This document shows positions 1 through 7,679 of a stretch of DNA of 22,145 bases, piece by piece. Source of the stretch: a bacterium (lineage in GTDB: Bacteria > Eisenbacteria > RBG-16-71-46); contig JAYWEM010000092.1 of NCBI GenBank assembly GCA_043779265.1, positions 1-22,145 on the forward strand. The letters run 5' to 3'. Under the pieces are notes generated by a model that saw nothing but the letters and a program-made list of their open reading frames with translations, had not been told where the DNA came from and did no database searches. A program made the translations under genes and the position numbers. The stretch's first letter is position 1; every line of letters begins with the position of its first letter.

Positions 1-1409
1 GTGAAGAACGGCTCGAACACGCGCCGCAGCGTGCCCTCGTCCATGCCGATACCGGTGTCCGTGACGCGCAGCAGGACTTCGATCTCGCAGGCGTTGGTGC
101 TCACGCTCAGTCGGCCACCCTGGGGCATCGCATCGCGTGCATTGAGCACGAGGTTCACGAACACCTGCTCCATCTGCCCTTCGTCGGCGCGCACCCAGCC
201 CGATGTGGCGCAGCGCTCGAAGTCGATCTCGATGTCCTCGCGCACCAACTGCCGGAGCATCGGCTCCATCCGGACGAGCATGCCGCACAGGTCGATCGGC
301 TTGGGTTGCACGGGCTGCCGCCGGGCGAATGTGAGCAACCGGCGGGTGAGCGCATTCGCCTGCTGCGCGGCCACCAGCGCCTCGTTCAGATGACTGACGG
401 CGGCGGCGTCCGCCGGTATCTCGTGACGGGCGAGTTCGACATAGCCCTGGATGGCGGTCAGCAGGTTGTTGAAGTCGTGTGCAACGCCGCCCGCCAGTCG
501 CCCGACACTCTCGAGCCGCTGAGCGTGCGTCAGCTCGGCCTCGAGGCGGCGCCTCTCCGTGAGCTCGCCGATCTGCCACAAGTGTCCCTCGAAGCGTCCC
601 ATCGAGACGACCGGCGTGTAGCCCAGCACGAACACGCGCCCGTCCTTGAGCCGGAGCTCGATGTCCTCGACGGGTGTTCGAGCCGCGAGGGCCTCCTCGA
701 GCTTCGCGAGGAACTCGTCACGCTGCTCGAAGTGGCGCGTCACCTGCGAAGGCATCTTGTTGGTGCGGCGGCCCACCATCGGGACGTCCATGGGCAGCCC
801 CATCAACCGCCGCGCTGCGCCGTTGATGTAGCGCACCCGACGCTCGCCGTCGGTGAAGATGATGCCCTCTCTCAGATTCTCGAGCAGGGAGTCGAGGAGA
901 TCGTTGGCCGCGCGTAGACGCCCCTCACTGTCGCGTCGCGTCACGGCCAGCGCGATCTGGTCGGCGACGACCAGCATCTGCCGCGCGCTCTCAACATCCA
1001 GTTCGGCGGGTTCGGCGTGATAGAGCATGAACTTGCCGATCACGCCGCCATCGATCCGCAGTGGCACGAACACGAGCCCTCGGATGCCCTCGCGTTCGAA
1101 TGTCGGGCGAAGGCCGTCGAGTTCGGGGGCGGCGTGTGTGTCCGAAACCAGCACCGGCGCGTCGACGCGTTCGCCTCTCGACCACGGCGTGTGGCCCTCG
1201 ACGGCGGCGCGATACGTGTCGGAAATGCCGCGCCACGCCTTGAACCGCATCACGCCATCATCATCGAAGAGCAGGATCGAGGAACGCGTCACCCCGAGCG
1301 CGCCCTCGACGCAGTCGAGGGCGGCCTCGTACATCTCGTCTGAGGTCCGCGCCTGGCCGATCTGCTCGGTCAGGCGAAGCAGCGCATGCAGTCGCTCGAT
1401 GGGGGTCAT
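1..1409 (-). CDS. GAF + PAS sensor histidine kinase (HisKA/HATPase_c), 3' end truncated by window edge
   Basis: Manual translation from ATG at 1409: MTPIERLHALLRL..., GAF-like segment (GVMRFKAWRGISDTYRAAVEGHTPW...IGKFMLY), PAS (LENLREGIIFTDGERRVRYIN), H-box (GRLAGGVAHDFNNLLT), N-box (QVFVNLVLNARDAM), G1/F boxes (VTDTGIGMDEGTLRRVFEPFF). Missing from the ORF track because its stop lies outside the window. Confidence 0.93.
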   Translation of the reverse strand, partial: MTPIERLHALLRLTEQIGQARTSDEMYEAALDCVEGALGVTRSSILLFDDDGVMRFKAWRGISDTYRAAVEGHTPWSRGERVDAPVLVSDTHAAPELDGLRPTFEREGIRGLVFVPLRIDGGVIGKFMLYHAEPAELDVESARQMLVVADQIALAVTRRDSEGRLRAANDLLDSLLENLREGIIFTDGERRVRYINGAARRLMGLPMDVPMVGRRTNKMPSQVTRHFEQRDEFLAKLEEALAARTPVEDIELRLKDGRVFVLGYTPVVSMGRFEGHLWQIGELTERRRLEAELTHAQRLESVGRLAGGVAHDFNNLLTAIQGYVELARHEIPADAAAVSHLNEALVAAQQANALTRRLLTFARRQPVQPKPIDLCGMLVRMEPMLRQLVREDIEIDFERCATSGWVRADEGQMEQVFVNLVLNARDAMPQGGRLSVSTNACEIEVLLRVTDTGIGMDEGTLRRVFEPFF

Positions 1410-1459
1410 GCCGGGGCCTTGCGTTGGAGGCGCGCACCGGAAACCAAGGGGTGGTGGCC

Positions 1460-1488
1460 ACTCTAGCCCCTCCCGAGAGGCCCCGGAA
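1460..1488 (-). promoter_or_regulatory. Putative sigma70-type promoter for the kinase (TTCCGG-17 nt-TAGAGT)
   Basis: TAnnnT hexamer at 1465-1460 with a TT-led hexamer 17 nt upstream; motif match only. Confidence 0.3.
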
Positions 1489-1514
1489 GCGGTATCCCCC
1501 CAGCGCGGAACCGC

Positions 1515-1544
1515 TTGCGCCCGCTCGGCGAGGCCGCGTAACTT
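1515..1544 (+). promoter_or_regulatory. Putative sigma70-type promoter for OmpA paralog 1 (TTGCGC-18 nt-TAACTT)
   Basis: -35/-10-like hexamers with plausible spacing, about 70 nt upstream of the ATG; motif match only. Confidence 0.4.
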
Positions 1545-1616
1545 CCCGCCCTCACGCAGCCCACGCCCGGGCCATCTGCGGCCCTGACCGGGCTCCCACC
1601 TCATTGAGGAGAAGCC

Positions 1617-3110
1617 ATGCACCCGCGTCTTCGGTTCGTCCCGCTCGCCCTGGCTGCCCTGCTGGCAGCGGGAGCGGCCGTGGCCGAGCCTCTCGGCTCC
1701 CACTGGCAGCTCACCCCGTTCGGGGGAATCACGATCTTCGACGGCAAGTTGCGCTATCCGGGCGGCGGTGCTCCGCTGACCGACGACCTCCACATCGGCG
1801 GCCGGCTCGCGTATCAGACCAAGTCGTGGCTCGGGCTCGAAGCCGCCGCCGGCTTCACCCCGACCGCCGAGGACTTCGCGGGGGCACGCGACTTCGATTG
1901 GCTGCATGCCTCGGCCAACCTCGTGGTCTCACCGGCGCAGGGGCGCTGGGGCGGTCCGTACTTCTTCGCGGGCGCCGGCTACACGCAGTTGAAGCCCGCG
2001 GCCGGCGACTCGAAGGAGACGAACACGTTCGAGTTCGGCGCCGGGCTCAAGCTGTGGATGACCGACGCGGTCGGCCTGCGGATCGAGGCGCGCGACGTGT
2101 CGTTCAAACCGTTCGTCTCGGATGGCCCCTCGAACCAATTCCACAACATGGTGCTCGGCGCCGGCCTCACGTTCGCACTCGGCGCGACGCCGCGCGACAC
2201 CGATGGTGATGGCGTGCCCGATAAGCGCGACGCCTGCGAGGGCACGCCCAAGGGCGCCAAGGTCGATGCGACCGGCTGCCCGATCGACAGCGACGGCGAC
2301 AAGGTGTTCGACGGCCTGGATGCCTGCGAGGGCACGCCGAAGGGCGCAACGGTCGACGCACGCGGCTGCCCGAGCGATGCGGACGGCGACGGGGTGTTCG
2401 ATGGCATCGACCAGTGCGCCGACACGCCGAAGGGCGCCACCGTGGATGCACGCGGCTGCCCGAGCGACTCCGATGGCGATGGTGTGTGGGATGGCATCGA
2501 CCAGTGCCCCAACACGCCGAAGGGCGCGACCGTGGATGCCAAGGGCTGCCCGAGCGATGAGGACGGCGACGGCGTGTTCGATGGGATCGACAAGTGCCCG
2601 GGCACCTCGGCCGGCCTCAAGGTGGACATCGACGGCTGCCCGATCCTGGTCACCGAGAAGGAGACCGAGCTGCTCGACACGGGCATGATCCGGCTCCGCG
2701 ACATCAACTTCGAGACCAACAAGTCGGACATCCTGCCGGAGTCGATGCCGACGCTCGATGCCGTCGGCACGATCCTCAAGAAGTGGTCGGAGCTGCGGAT
2801 CGAGATCGGCGGCCACACCGATCGCCGCGGTTCGGACGCGCACAACCAGCGACTGTCGCAGGCGCGCGCCGAGTCGGTGCGAGCCTATCTGGTCGGCAAG
2901 TTCCCCGAGCTCACGGCGACCGCGATGACCGTCAAGGGCTACGGCGAGACCAATCTGCTCGCGAAGGGCAATGACGAGGCGGCGTGGGCGATCGATCGCC
3001 GCGTCGAGTTCGTGGTGCTCAACAAGGACGTGCTCAAGCGTGAAGTCGAGCGCCGGCGCCTTCTGAAGCAAGGCGAGGGAACCGTGCCCGCGGGCGGCGA
3101 CAAGCAGTAA
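1617..3110 (+). CDS. OmpA family outer-membrane protein (signal peptide, beta-barrel, five TSP3-like repeats, OmpA_C peptidoglycan-binding domain), paralog 1
   Basis: SD GAGGAG before ATG; signal peptide; amphipathic strands (FEFGAGLKLW, VGLRIEARD, LGAGLTFALG); DxDGDGVxDxxDxC repeats; INFETNKS, IEIGGHTD, NQRLSQARA, GYGE, RRVEF motifs. Confidence 0.95.
   Translation: MHPRLRFVPLALAALLAAGAAVAEPLGSHWQLTPFGGITIFDGKLRYPGGGAPLTDDLHIGGRLAYQTKSWLGLEAAAGFTPTAEDFAGARDFDWLHASANLVVSPAQGRWGGPYFFAGAGYTQLKPAAGDSKETNTFEFGAGLKLWMTDAVGLRIEARDVSFKPFVSDGPSNQFHNMVLGAGLTFALGATPRDTDGDGVPDKRDACEGTPKGAKVDATGCPIDSDGDKVFDGLDACEGTPKGATVDARGCPSDADGDGVFDGIDQCADTPKGATVDARGCPSDSDGDGVWDGIDQCPNTPKGATVDAKGCPSDEDGDGVFDGIDKCPGTSAGLKVDIDGCPILVTEKETELLDTGMIRLRDINFETNKSDILPESMPTLDAVGTILKKWSELRIEIGGHTDRRGSDAHNQRLSQARAESVRAYLVGKFPELTATAMTVKGYGETNLLAKGNDEAAWAIDRRVEFVVLNKDVLKREVERRRLLKQGEGTVPAGGDKQ
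2193..2642 (+). repeat. Five tandem 90-nt (30-aa) TSP type-3-like Asp/Cys repeats within OmpA paralog 1
   Basis: Unit xDxDGDGVxDGxDxCxxTPKGAxVDAxGCP repeated five times in frame. Confidence 0.93.
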
Positions 3111-3133
3111 CCACAAGCACCACAGAGCCTTAT

Positions 3134-3176
3134 CCCTACGGCCGAGGGGCGAGCCCCCCTGGCCGTAGGGCTTTTT
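3134..3176 (+). terminator. Intrinsic terminator after OmpA paralog 1
   Basis: Perfect 10-bp stem CCCTACGGCC (3134-3143) / GGCCGTAGGG (3161-3170), inner GGGG/CCCC stem, followed by CTTTTT. Confidence 0.8.
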
Positions 3177-3262
3177 GCAAGTGGCCTCTCGGGTTGGGGC
3201 CGCGATAGACTTCTCGGGCCGCTGACCATCTCGCACCCGCTCCCACATCCTCGGAGGACATC

Positions 3263-5944
3263 GTGACGCTTCGCACTCCCGCGCAGTGGACTTCCATTGC
3301 CGCCCTGGCGCTCGGCGCCGCCCTGCTTCTCGCGACCCCCGCTCTCGCCCAGGATCCGCAGGAGGTCTCGCGTCCGAGCGAGGCACAGCTCCGCCAGCAG
3401 CTCCAGACCTTCCGCGAGATGCGCCAGGCGATGCTGCGTGACAAGGCGAACAAGCGCCACGCGCTGAGCGAGAGGAACGCCAAGCTCGTGGCCAAGGCCG
3501 ACAAAGGCGACAGCAAGGCGATGGCGCGCGTGCGCGCTGCGATCCGCAAGAAGCCGGCGATGAACCCGGCACTCGAAGCGAGCACCGAGCAAGTCGTGTC
3601 CTCGCGTCTGTGGGGGGCGGTGAACACGCCGCTCGCCGCGCAGAGCATCCCGACCAACGTGCGCGCCAACAATCCCGCGGGCGATGGGCTGAACGCCGGA
3701 CAATCCGAGGAGGACATCATCGCGTGGGGCGACTACCTGCTCGCCGGCTGGAATGACGGCCAGGGCTTCCTCGCGCCCGGCAACGGCCAGGGCGTCGGCT
3801 ATTCGACCGATGGCGGCCTGACGTGGACCGATGCCGGCAACCCGCCGGTCCCGGCTGGATATCCGGCTTGGGAGTGGACGAGCGACCCGCTCGTCGCGGT
3901 CAATGAGCGGACCGGCACGTTCTACTACTGCGGCCTCGCGGATGCGACGGCGGGCACCAATGCCATCGGCATCGCGATCGGCTCGTTCGTCGGCAACGCG
4001 TTCGTGTGGAGCAGCGCGAACGTGATCCGCGAGCTGGGCAACGCCACCAACTTCCTCGACAAGCAGTGGCTGGTCGCCGACTCGCTCACCGGCAACGTCT
4101 ACGTGTCGTACACCAACTTCGACGTCTCGGGGAACAGCATCGACTTCAACCGCTCCTTGGATGGCGGCATCACGTGGCAGGCCGCGGTGCAGCTCTCGAG
4201 CGGGCTCGATGACGGCTGGGTGCAGGGCTCGCGCCCGGCGGTCGGCCCCAACGGCGAGCTGTACGTCGTGTGGACCGCCATCGACCAGGTGACGGCCGAC
4301 GACAACATGCGATTCCGTCGCTCGCTCGATAACGGCCTGTCGTTCCTGCCCGAGACCACCCCTGCCAAGTTCTACGCGAACTTCGGCACGGGCGCCCCGG
4401 GATTCAATCGTGAGCGCGGCATCTCGTTCCCTTCGATCACCGTCGATCGTTCGACCAGCTCGCAGCGCGGTCGCATCTACGTCTCCTGGAACGAGTCGTT
4501 GAATCATCAGGACGAGAATTTCGCCGGCGTCGGCGCCAAGACCGAGGTGGAGCCCAACAACACCGCCGCCACCGGAAGCGCTGCCGTCGTCGGCAACACG
4601 CTGCGCGGCACGCTGTCGAACTCCAGTGACCTCGATTACTTCGCCGTGCCGCTGGCCGCCGGCCAGAGCATCGCGCTGTGGGCGGACTCGCTGACGTCCA
4701 CGATCGGCTACACGCTGCGCGTGTTCGCGCCGATCCCCCAGGACGGTCAGCGGCTCGCATTCTGTGGCGACCTGAGCGCGGCCGCTCCCGCCGCGCAGGG
4801 CTTCATGATGTACACCGCTCCCACGGCGGGCACCTACTTCATCCGCGTCGCCGGCATCGGCGGCTCCACCGCCAATGCCCGCTATCGCATCCGCATGGTG
4901 CAGGCCACCAACAGCGGGGAACGCGGCCGTGACCAGCGCGACATCATCGTCACCTCAAGCGCCGACGGTGTCTCGTTCTCGGTGCCGGTGCGCGTCAACG
5001 ACGATGCGATCGGGTTCGATAACTGGCTGCCCGAGTTCGAGGTCGGTGGTGATGGCTACCCGTACGTGAAGTGGTACGACCACCGCGACGACACCTTCGG
5101 CTCGCGCACGCACCAGTACCTGACGCGCTCGACCGATGCCGGCACGACGTGGGCGGCGGATCAGCGCATCTCGGACTTCCAGAGCAACTTCACGACCGGC
5201 CTGACCAACATCGCGCCCAACATGGGTGACTACAACGCGCTCGCCGCGAGCGCGACGCGCATCCACGCGACGTGGGCCGATACGCGCGACGCCGACGTCA
5301 ACGTGTACACCTCGTCGGTCGCCACGAACCACGACATCACGGCCTGCGAGGCGGACACCACGGTGACCGCCAACTCGGTGGCCAACTTCGGCTGGACGCT
5401 GGCCAATCGACATCACCTGTTCCAGAACCTCTACTTCGTCAGCTACACATCGCAGCGCGCATGGGGCCTGCCCGGCCTGCCGACGCCGACCAACATCCCG
5501 GCCGAGTCGAGCATCCTGTGGCAGCAGGCGGTGACGATCCCCGACACGGCAGCCGCCGGCGTCAATCAGATCTGTCTGCGACTGGCCAACGGCTCGGGCG
5601 CCGAGGTCGAGACGTGCTGCTTCAACGTCACGGTTCAGGGAGCGCTCAGCGTCGGCGGCGGCGACCTGGCGTTCGCGCTACGTGGCGCTTCGCCCAACCC
5701 GGCCATGGGCCGCGCGAATCTGTCGTTCACGCTGGCGCGTGACGTCGACGTCGAGCTGGAGGTCTACAACCTGCAGGGCGCCCGCGTGCGCACGGTGCTC
5801 TCCGGTGCGATGTCCGCCGGATCGCACAGCGTCGCGTGGGACGGGCTCGACGAGAGCGGCGCGCGCGTGCGTGCCGGCACGTACTTCGTGCGCCTCGCCA
5901 GCGGCGGAAAGAGCGCGACCAGCCGGTTCGTGTTCCTGCGCTAG
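3263..5944 (+). CDS. Secreted Asp-box (BNR/sialidase-like) beta-propeller protein with inserted PPC-like domain and C-terminal FlgD-Ig / T9SS-like sorting domain
   Basis: SD GGAGGA before GTG; signal peptide (ALA-Q); Asp-boxes YSTDGGLTW, RSLDGGITW, RSLDNGLSF, SSADGVSFS, RSTDAGTTW; EVEPNN...DLDYF...AGTYFIRV (PPC-like); C-terminal PNP...LEVYNLQGARVRTV...WDGLDESGARVRAGTYFVRL. Confidence 0.88.
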   Translation: MTLRTPAQWTSIAALALGAALLLATPALAQDPQEVSRPSEAQLRQQLQTFREMRQAMLRDKANKRHALSERNAKLVAKADKGDSKAMARVRAAIRKKPAMNPALEASTEQVVSSRLWGAVNTPLAAQSIPTNVRANNPAGDGLNAGQSEEDIIAWGDYLLAGWNDGQGFLAPGNGQGVGYSTDGGLTWTDAGNPPVPAGYPAWEWTSDPLVAVNERTGTFYYCGLADATAGTNAIGIAIGSFVGNAFVWSSANVIRELGNATNFLDKQWLVADSLTGNVYVSYTNFDVSGNSIDFNRSLDGGITWQAAVQLSSGLDDGWVQGSRPAVGPNGELYVVWTAIDQVTADDNMRFRRSLDNGLSFLPETTPAKFYANFGTGAPGFNRERGISFPSITVDRSTSSQRGRIYVSWNESLNHQDENFAGVGAKTEVEPNNTAATGSAAVVGNTLRGTLSNSSDLDYFAVPLAAGQSIALWADSLTSTIGYTLRVFAPIPQDGQRLAFCGDLSAAAPAAQGFMMYTAPTAGTYFIRVAGIGGSTANARYRIRMVQATNSGERGRDQRDIIVTSSADGVSFSVPVRVNDDAIGFDNWLPEFEVGGDGYPYVKWYDHRDDTFGSRTHQYLTRSTDAGTTWAADQRISDFQSNFTTGLTNIAPNMGDYNALAASATRIHATWADTRDADVNVYTSSVATNHDITACEADTTVTANSVANFGWTLANRHHLFQNLYFVSYTSQRAWGLPGLPTPTNIPAESSILWQQAVTIPDTAAAGVNQICLRLANGSGAEVETCCFNVTVQGALSVGGGDLAFALRGASPNPAMGRANLSFTLARDVDVELEVYNLQGARVRTVLSGAMSAGSHSVAWDGLDESGARVRAGTYFVRLASGGKSATSRFVFLR

Positions 5945-5951
5945 ACCGATC

Positions 5952-6002
5952 GCAAACGACACGGCCGCCTTCCCGAGAGGGAGGGCGGCCGTCTTCGTTT
6001 GC
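5952..6002. terminator. Long hairpin between convergent genes, probable bidirectional terminator
   Basis: GCAAACGA-c-ACGGCCGCCTTCCC-GAGA-GGGAGGGCGGCCGT-ct-TCGTTTGC, with a GNRA tetraloop. Confidence 0.75.
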
Positions 6003-6024
6003 GTCACCCGCTCCGACTCGAGGC

Positions 6025-6474
6025 TCAGTCCTGCCCGGACTCGCCCAACCGCTCGAGGTCCGCGAGGTCCCGCGGTCGTCCGAGCGCACGCTTGTTCGTG
6101 ATGAGGTCATCGCGGCCGAGGAACGCGCAGGCGATCCCCTCGATGTTCGTGTTCACCCGCTTCGCCCACGCATGCTCGAACTCGAGACCAGTCAGCGACG
6201 TGAGCAGGTCGATCCGGCGAGGCGGCAGCCCAAGCTGGAGGACCTGCCCGGGAGCCTGGAGGTCCTCCACGCGAAGGGACTCCAGCGGCGCGCCGAAGCT
6301 CTCGAGTGCGGCCCATACGCGCGCGGCGTTCCCGGCGCTCGGCTCGATCCAGAGGTCCAAGTCGCCAGTCGATCGAGGCGGGCCATGGAACGTGACGGCA
6401 TAGGCGCCGACCACGAGGAATCGGGCCTCAGAAACGGATAATGCGCGCAACAGATCGAGAAAGTCCGGGTTCAC
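6025..6474 (-). CDS. Stand-alone nucleotidyltransferase (DUF6036 / AbiEii-MenT-like), putative toxin
   Basis: Motifs VVGAYAV, GPPRSTGDLDLWI (RxTxDxD), RIDLL and C-terminal NKRALGRPRDLADL; GTG start inside the upstream small ORF. Confidence 0.85.
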   Translation of the reverse strand: MNPDFLDLLRALSVSEARFLVVGAYAVTFHGPPRSTGDLDLWIEPSAGNAARVWAALESFGAPLESLRVEDLQAPGQVLQLGLPPRRIDLLTSLTGLEFEHAWAKRVNTNIEGIACAFLGRDDLITNKRALGRPRDLADLERLGESGQD

Positions 6475-6640
6475 CGATGTCCCAACCTTTCAGGTTCCAG
6501 TGCTCGACTGTCAGCGGCCAGACGGCCGCGACTCGTTCTTCCGGAGTCATCGCGGCCCAGAACTCCCGATCGAGGCGCGCCTCCTCGGCACCCACTCGAG
6601 CGAGGCGAACGGTCATCCTGCGAGTGCGGTCGGTGGTCAT
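6428..6640 (-). CDS. Small 70-aa protein upstream of the nucleotidyltransferase, putative antitoxin/partner
   Basis: Contains DREFWAAMTPEERVAAVWPL, resembling small proteins I recall preceding such NTases (not database-checked); overlaps the NTase start by 47 nt; TAGAAT lies 6 nt before its ATG. Confidence 0.72.
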   Translation of the reverse strand: MTTDRTRRMTVRLARVGAEEARLDREFWAAMTPEERVAAVWPLTVEHWNLKGWDIGEPGLSRSVARIIRF

Positions 6641-6646
6641 GCCTGC

Positions 6647-6652
6647 ATTCTA
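6647..6652 (-). promoter_or_regulatory. -10 element TAGAAT 6 nt upstream of ATG 6640 (leaderless-type)
   Basis: Minus strand reads TAGAAT-gcaggc-ATG; no SD. Confidence 0.55.
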
Positions 6653-6671
6653 GCGCACCCTGCCTCGCCGT

Positions 6672-6701
6672 TTGCACCCGAACCCCTCCAGCGGGCAGCC
6701 T
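6672..6701 (+). promoter_or_regulatory. Putative promoter for map (TTGCAC-18 nt-CAGCCT, 7 nt before ATG)
   Basis: Good -35, weak -10; no SD before ATG 6709. Confidence 0.3.
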
Positions 6702-6708
6702 GCAGCGC

Positions 6709-7464
6709 ATGGTGATCGACGACGACCAGACGATGGCGAGCATGCGGGCGGCGGGGCGCGTCGTGCGCCACACGCTCGACGCGATGCGCGCCGCAGTGGA
6801 GCCGGGCGTCACCACCGGCGACCTCGATGCCGTGGCGCGCCGCGTGTTCAAGCAGCATGGCGCGCGATCGGCGCCGACGTTGGTCTACGACTTCCCGGGC
6901 GCCACGTGCATCAGCGTCAACGACGAGGTCGTGCACGGCATCCCGAGCCCCAAGCGCAAGCTCTCACTGGGCGACCTGGTGAAGATCGATGTCACTGCCG
7001 AGCTGGACGGGTTCATGGCCGACGCCTGCGAGTCGGTGCCGGTCGGGCCGCCCGATGACGTGATGACGGCGCTGATGGCCGCCGCACGCGACGGATTCGA
7101 CAGCGGGCTGGCCGAGGCGAGGCCCGGCAATCGTGCGCTCGACATCGGTCGCGCCATCGAGTCGGTGGTGAGCGCCCGCGGCTTCTCGGTGGTGCCTTCC
7201 CTGCAGGGGCACGGCATCGGTCGCACCATCCACGAGGCGCCGATGGTGCCGAACTGGGCCGACCCGACGGCGCGCGATTGGTTGGTCGAGGGCCTGGTCA
7301 TCACCATCGAGCCGATCATCGCCGCGGGCTCGGGCGACACCTACGAGATGGACGACGGCTGGACGATCCGCACCACCGACGGATCCCTGAGCGCGCATCA
7401 CGAGCACACCCTCGTGATCCAGAAGCAGGGGCCGCCCATCCTGCTCACTGCATCGTTCGACTGA
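6709..7464 (+). CDS. map: Type I methionyl aminopeptidase
   Basis: CISVNDEVVHGIP, KIDV...GFMAD, GHGIGRTIHEAP, TIEP and SAHHEHT motifs with metal ligands D, D, H, E, E intact. Confidence 0.96.
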   Translation: MVIDDDQTMASMRAAGRVVRHTLDAMRAAVEPGVTTGDLDAVARRVFKQHGARSAPTLVYDFPGATCISVNDEVVHGIPSPKRKLSLGDLVKIDVTAELDGFMADACESVPVGPPDDVMTALMAAARDGFDSGLAEARPGNRALDIGRAIESVVSARGFSVVPSLQGHGIGRTIHEAPMVPNWADPTARDWLVEGLVITIEPIIAAGSGDTYEMDDGWTIRTTDGSLSAHHEHTLVIQKQGPPILLTASFD

Positions 7465-7561
7465 GCCCTTCACAGCGGGCTCCGTTCCCCGAAGGGAGCA
7501 TGCTCGAAGGGCGCAGCGTCGCCTCGAGGGTGAGCTCATCGCCACGACGACACGGCCGTCC

Positions 7562-7591
7562 TTGCCCCTTGCGCCGCGCTCGTCCTACTGT
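7562..7591 (+). promoter_or_regulatory. Putative sigma70-type promoter for OmpA paralog 2 (TTGCCC-18 nt-TACTGT)
   Basis: -35/-10-like hexamers, same layout as upstream of paralog 1; motif match only. Confidence 0.4.
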
Positions 7592-7679
7592 GAGCCGCAT
7601 TCGGAACGCACCGCGCACCGCACCCGTGAACACCAGCTCGTCTCACTCCCCCGCGATCGGCACACAGGAGGTGGCCCTC

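Noticed and set aside
1..1587. Plus-strand ORFs 1-393, 306-917, 1017-1343, 1027-1587
   Set aside because: Antisense to the histidine kinase, whose H, N and G boxes are clear on the minus strand.
2193..2642. Periodic 90-nt repeats (also 8253-8702) as a possible CRISPR array or DGR repeat pair
   Set aside because: They are in-frame coding repeats that vary largely at synonymous positions; no unique spacers, cas genes or reverse transcriptase in the window.
2991..3011. DRRVEF instead of NRRVEF in OmpA paralog 1 as loss of peptidoglycan binding
   Set aside because: The key Asp (GHTD) and Arg (LSQARA) residues are retained; a single conservative change is not enough evidence.
6003..6700. TA-like pair as part of a mobile element
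   Set aside because: No transposase, integrase, terminal inverted repeats or target-site duplication seen.
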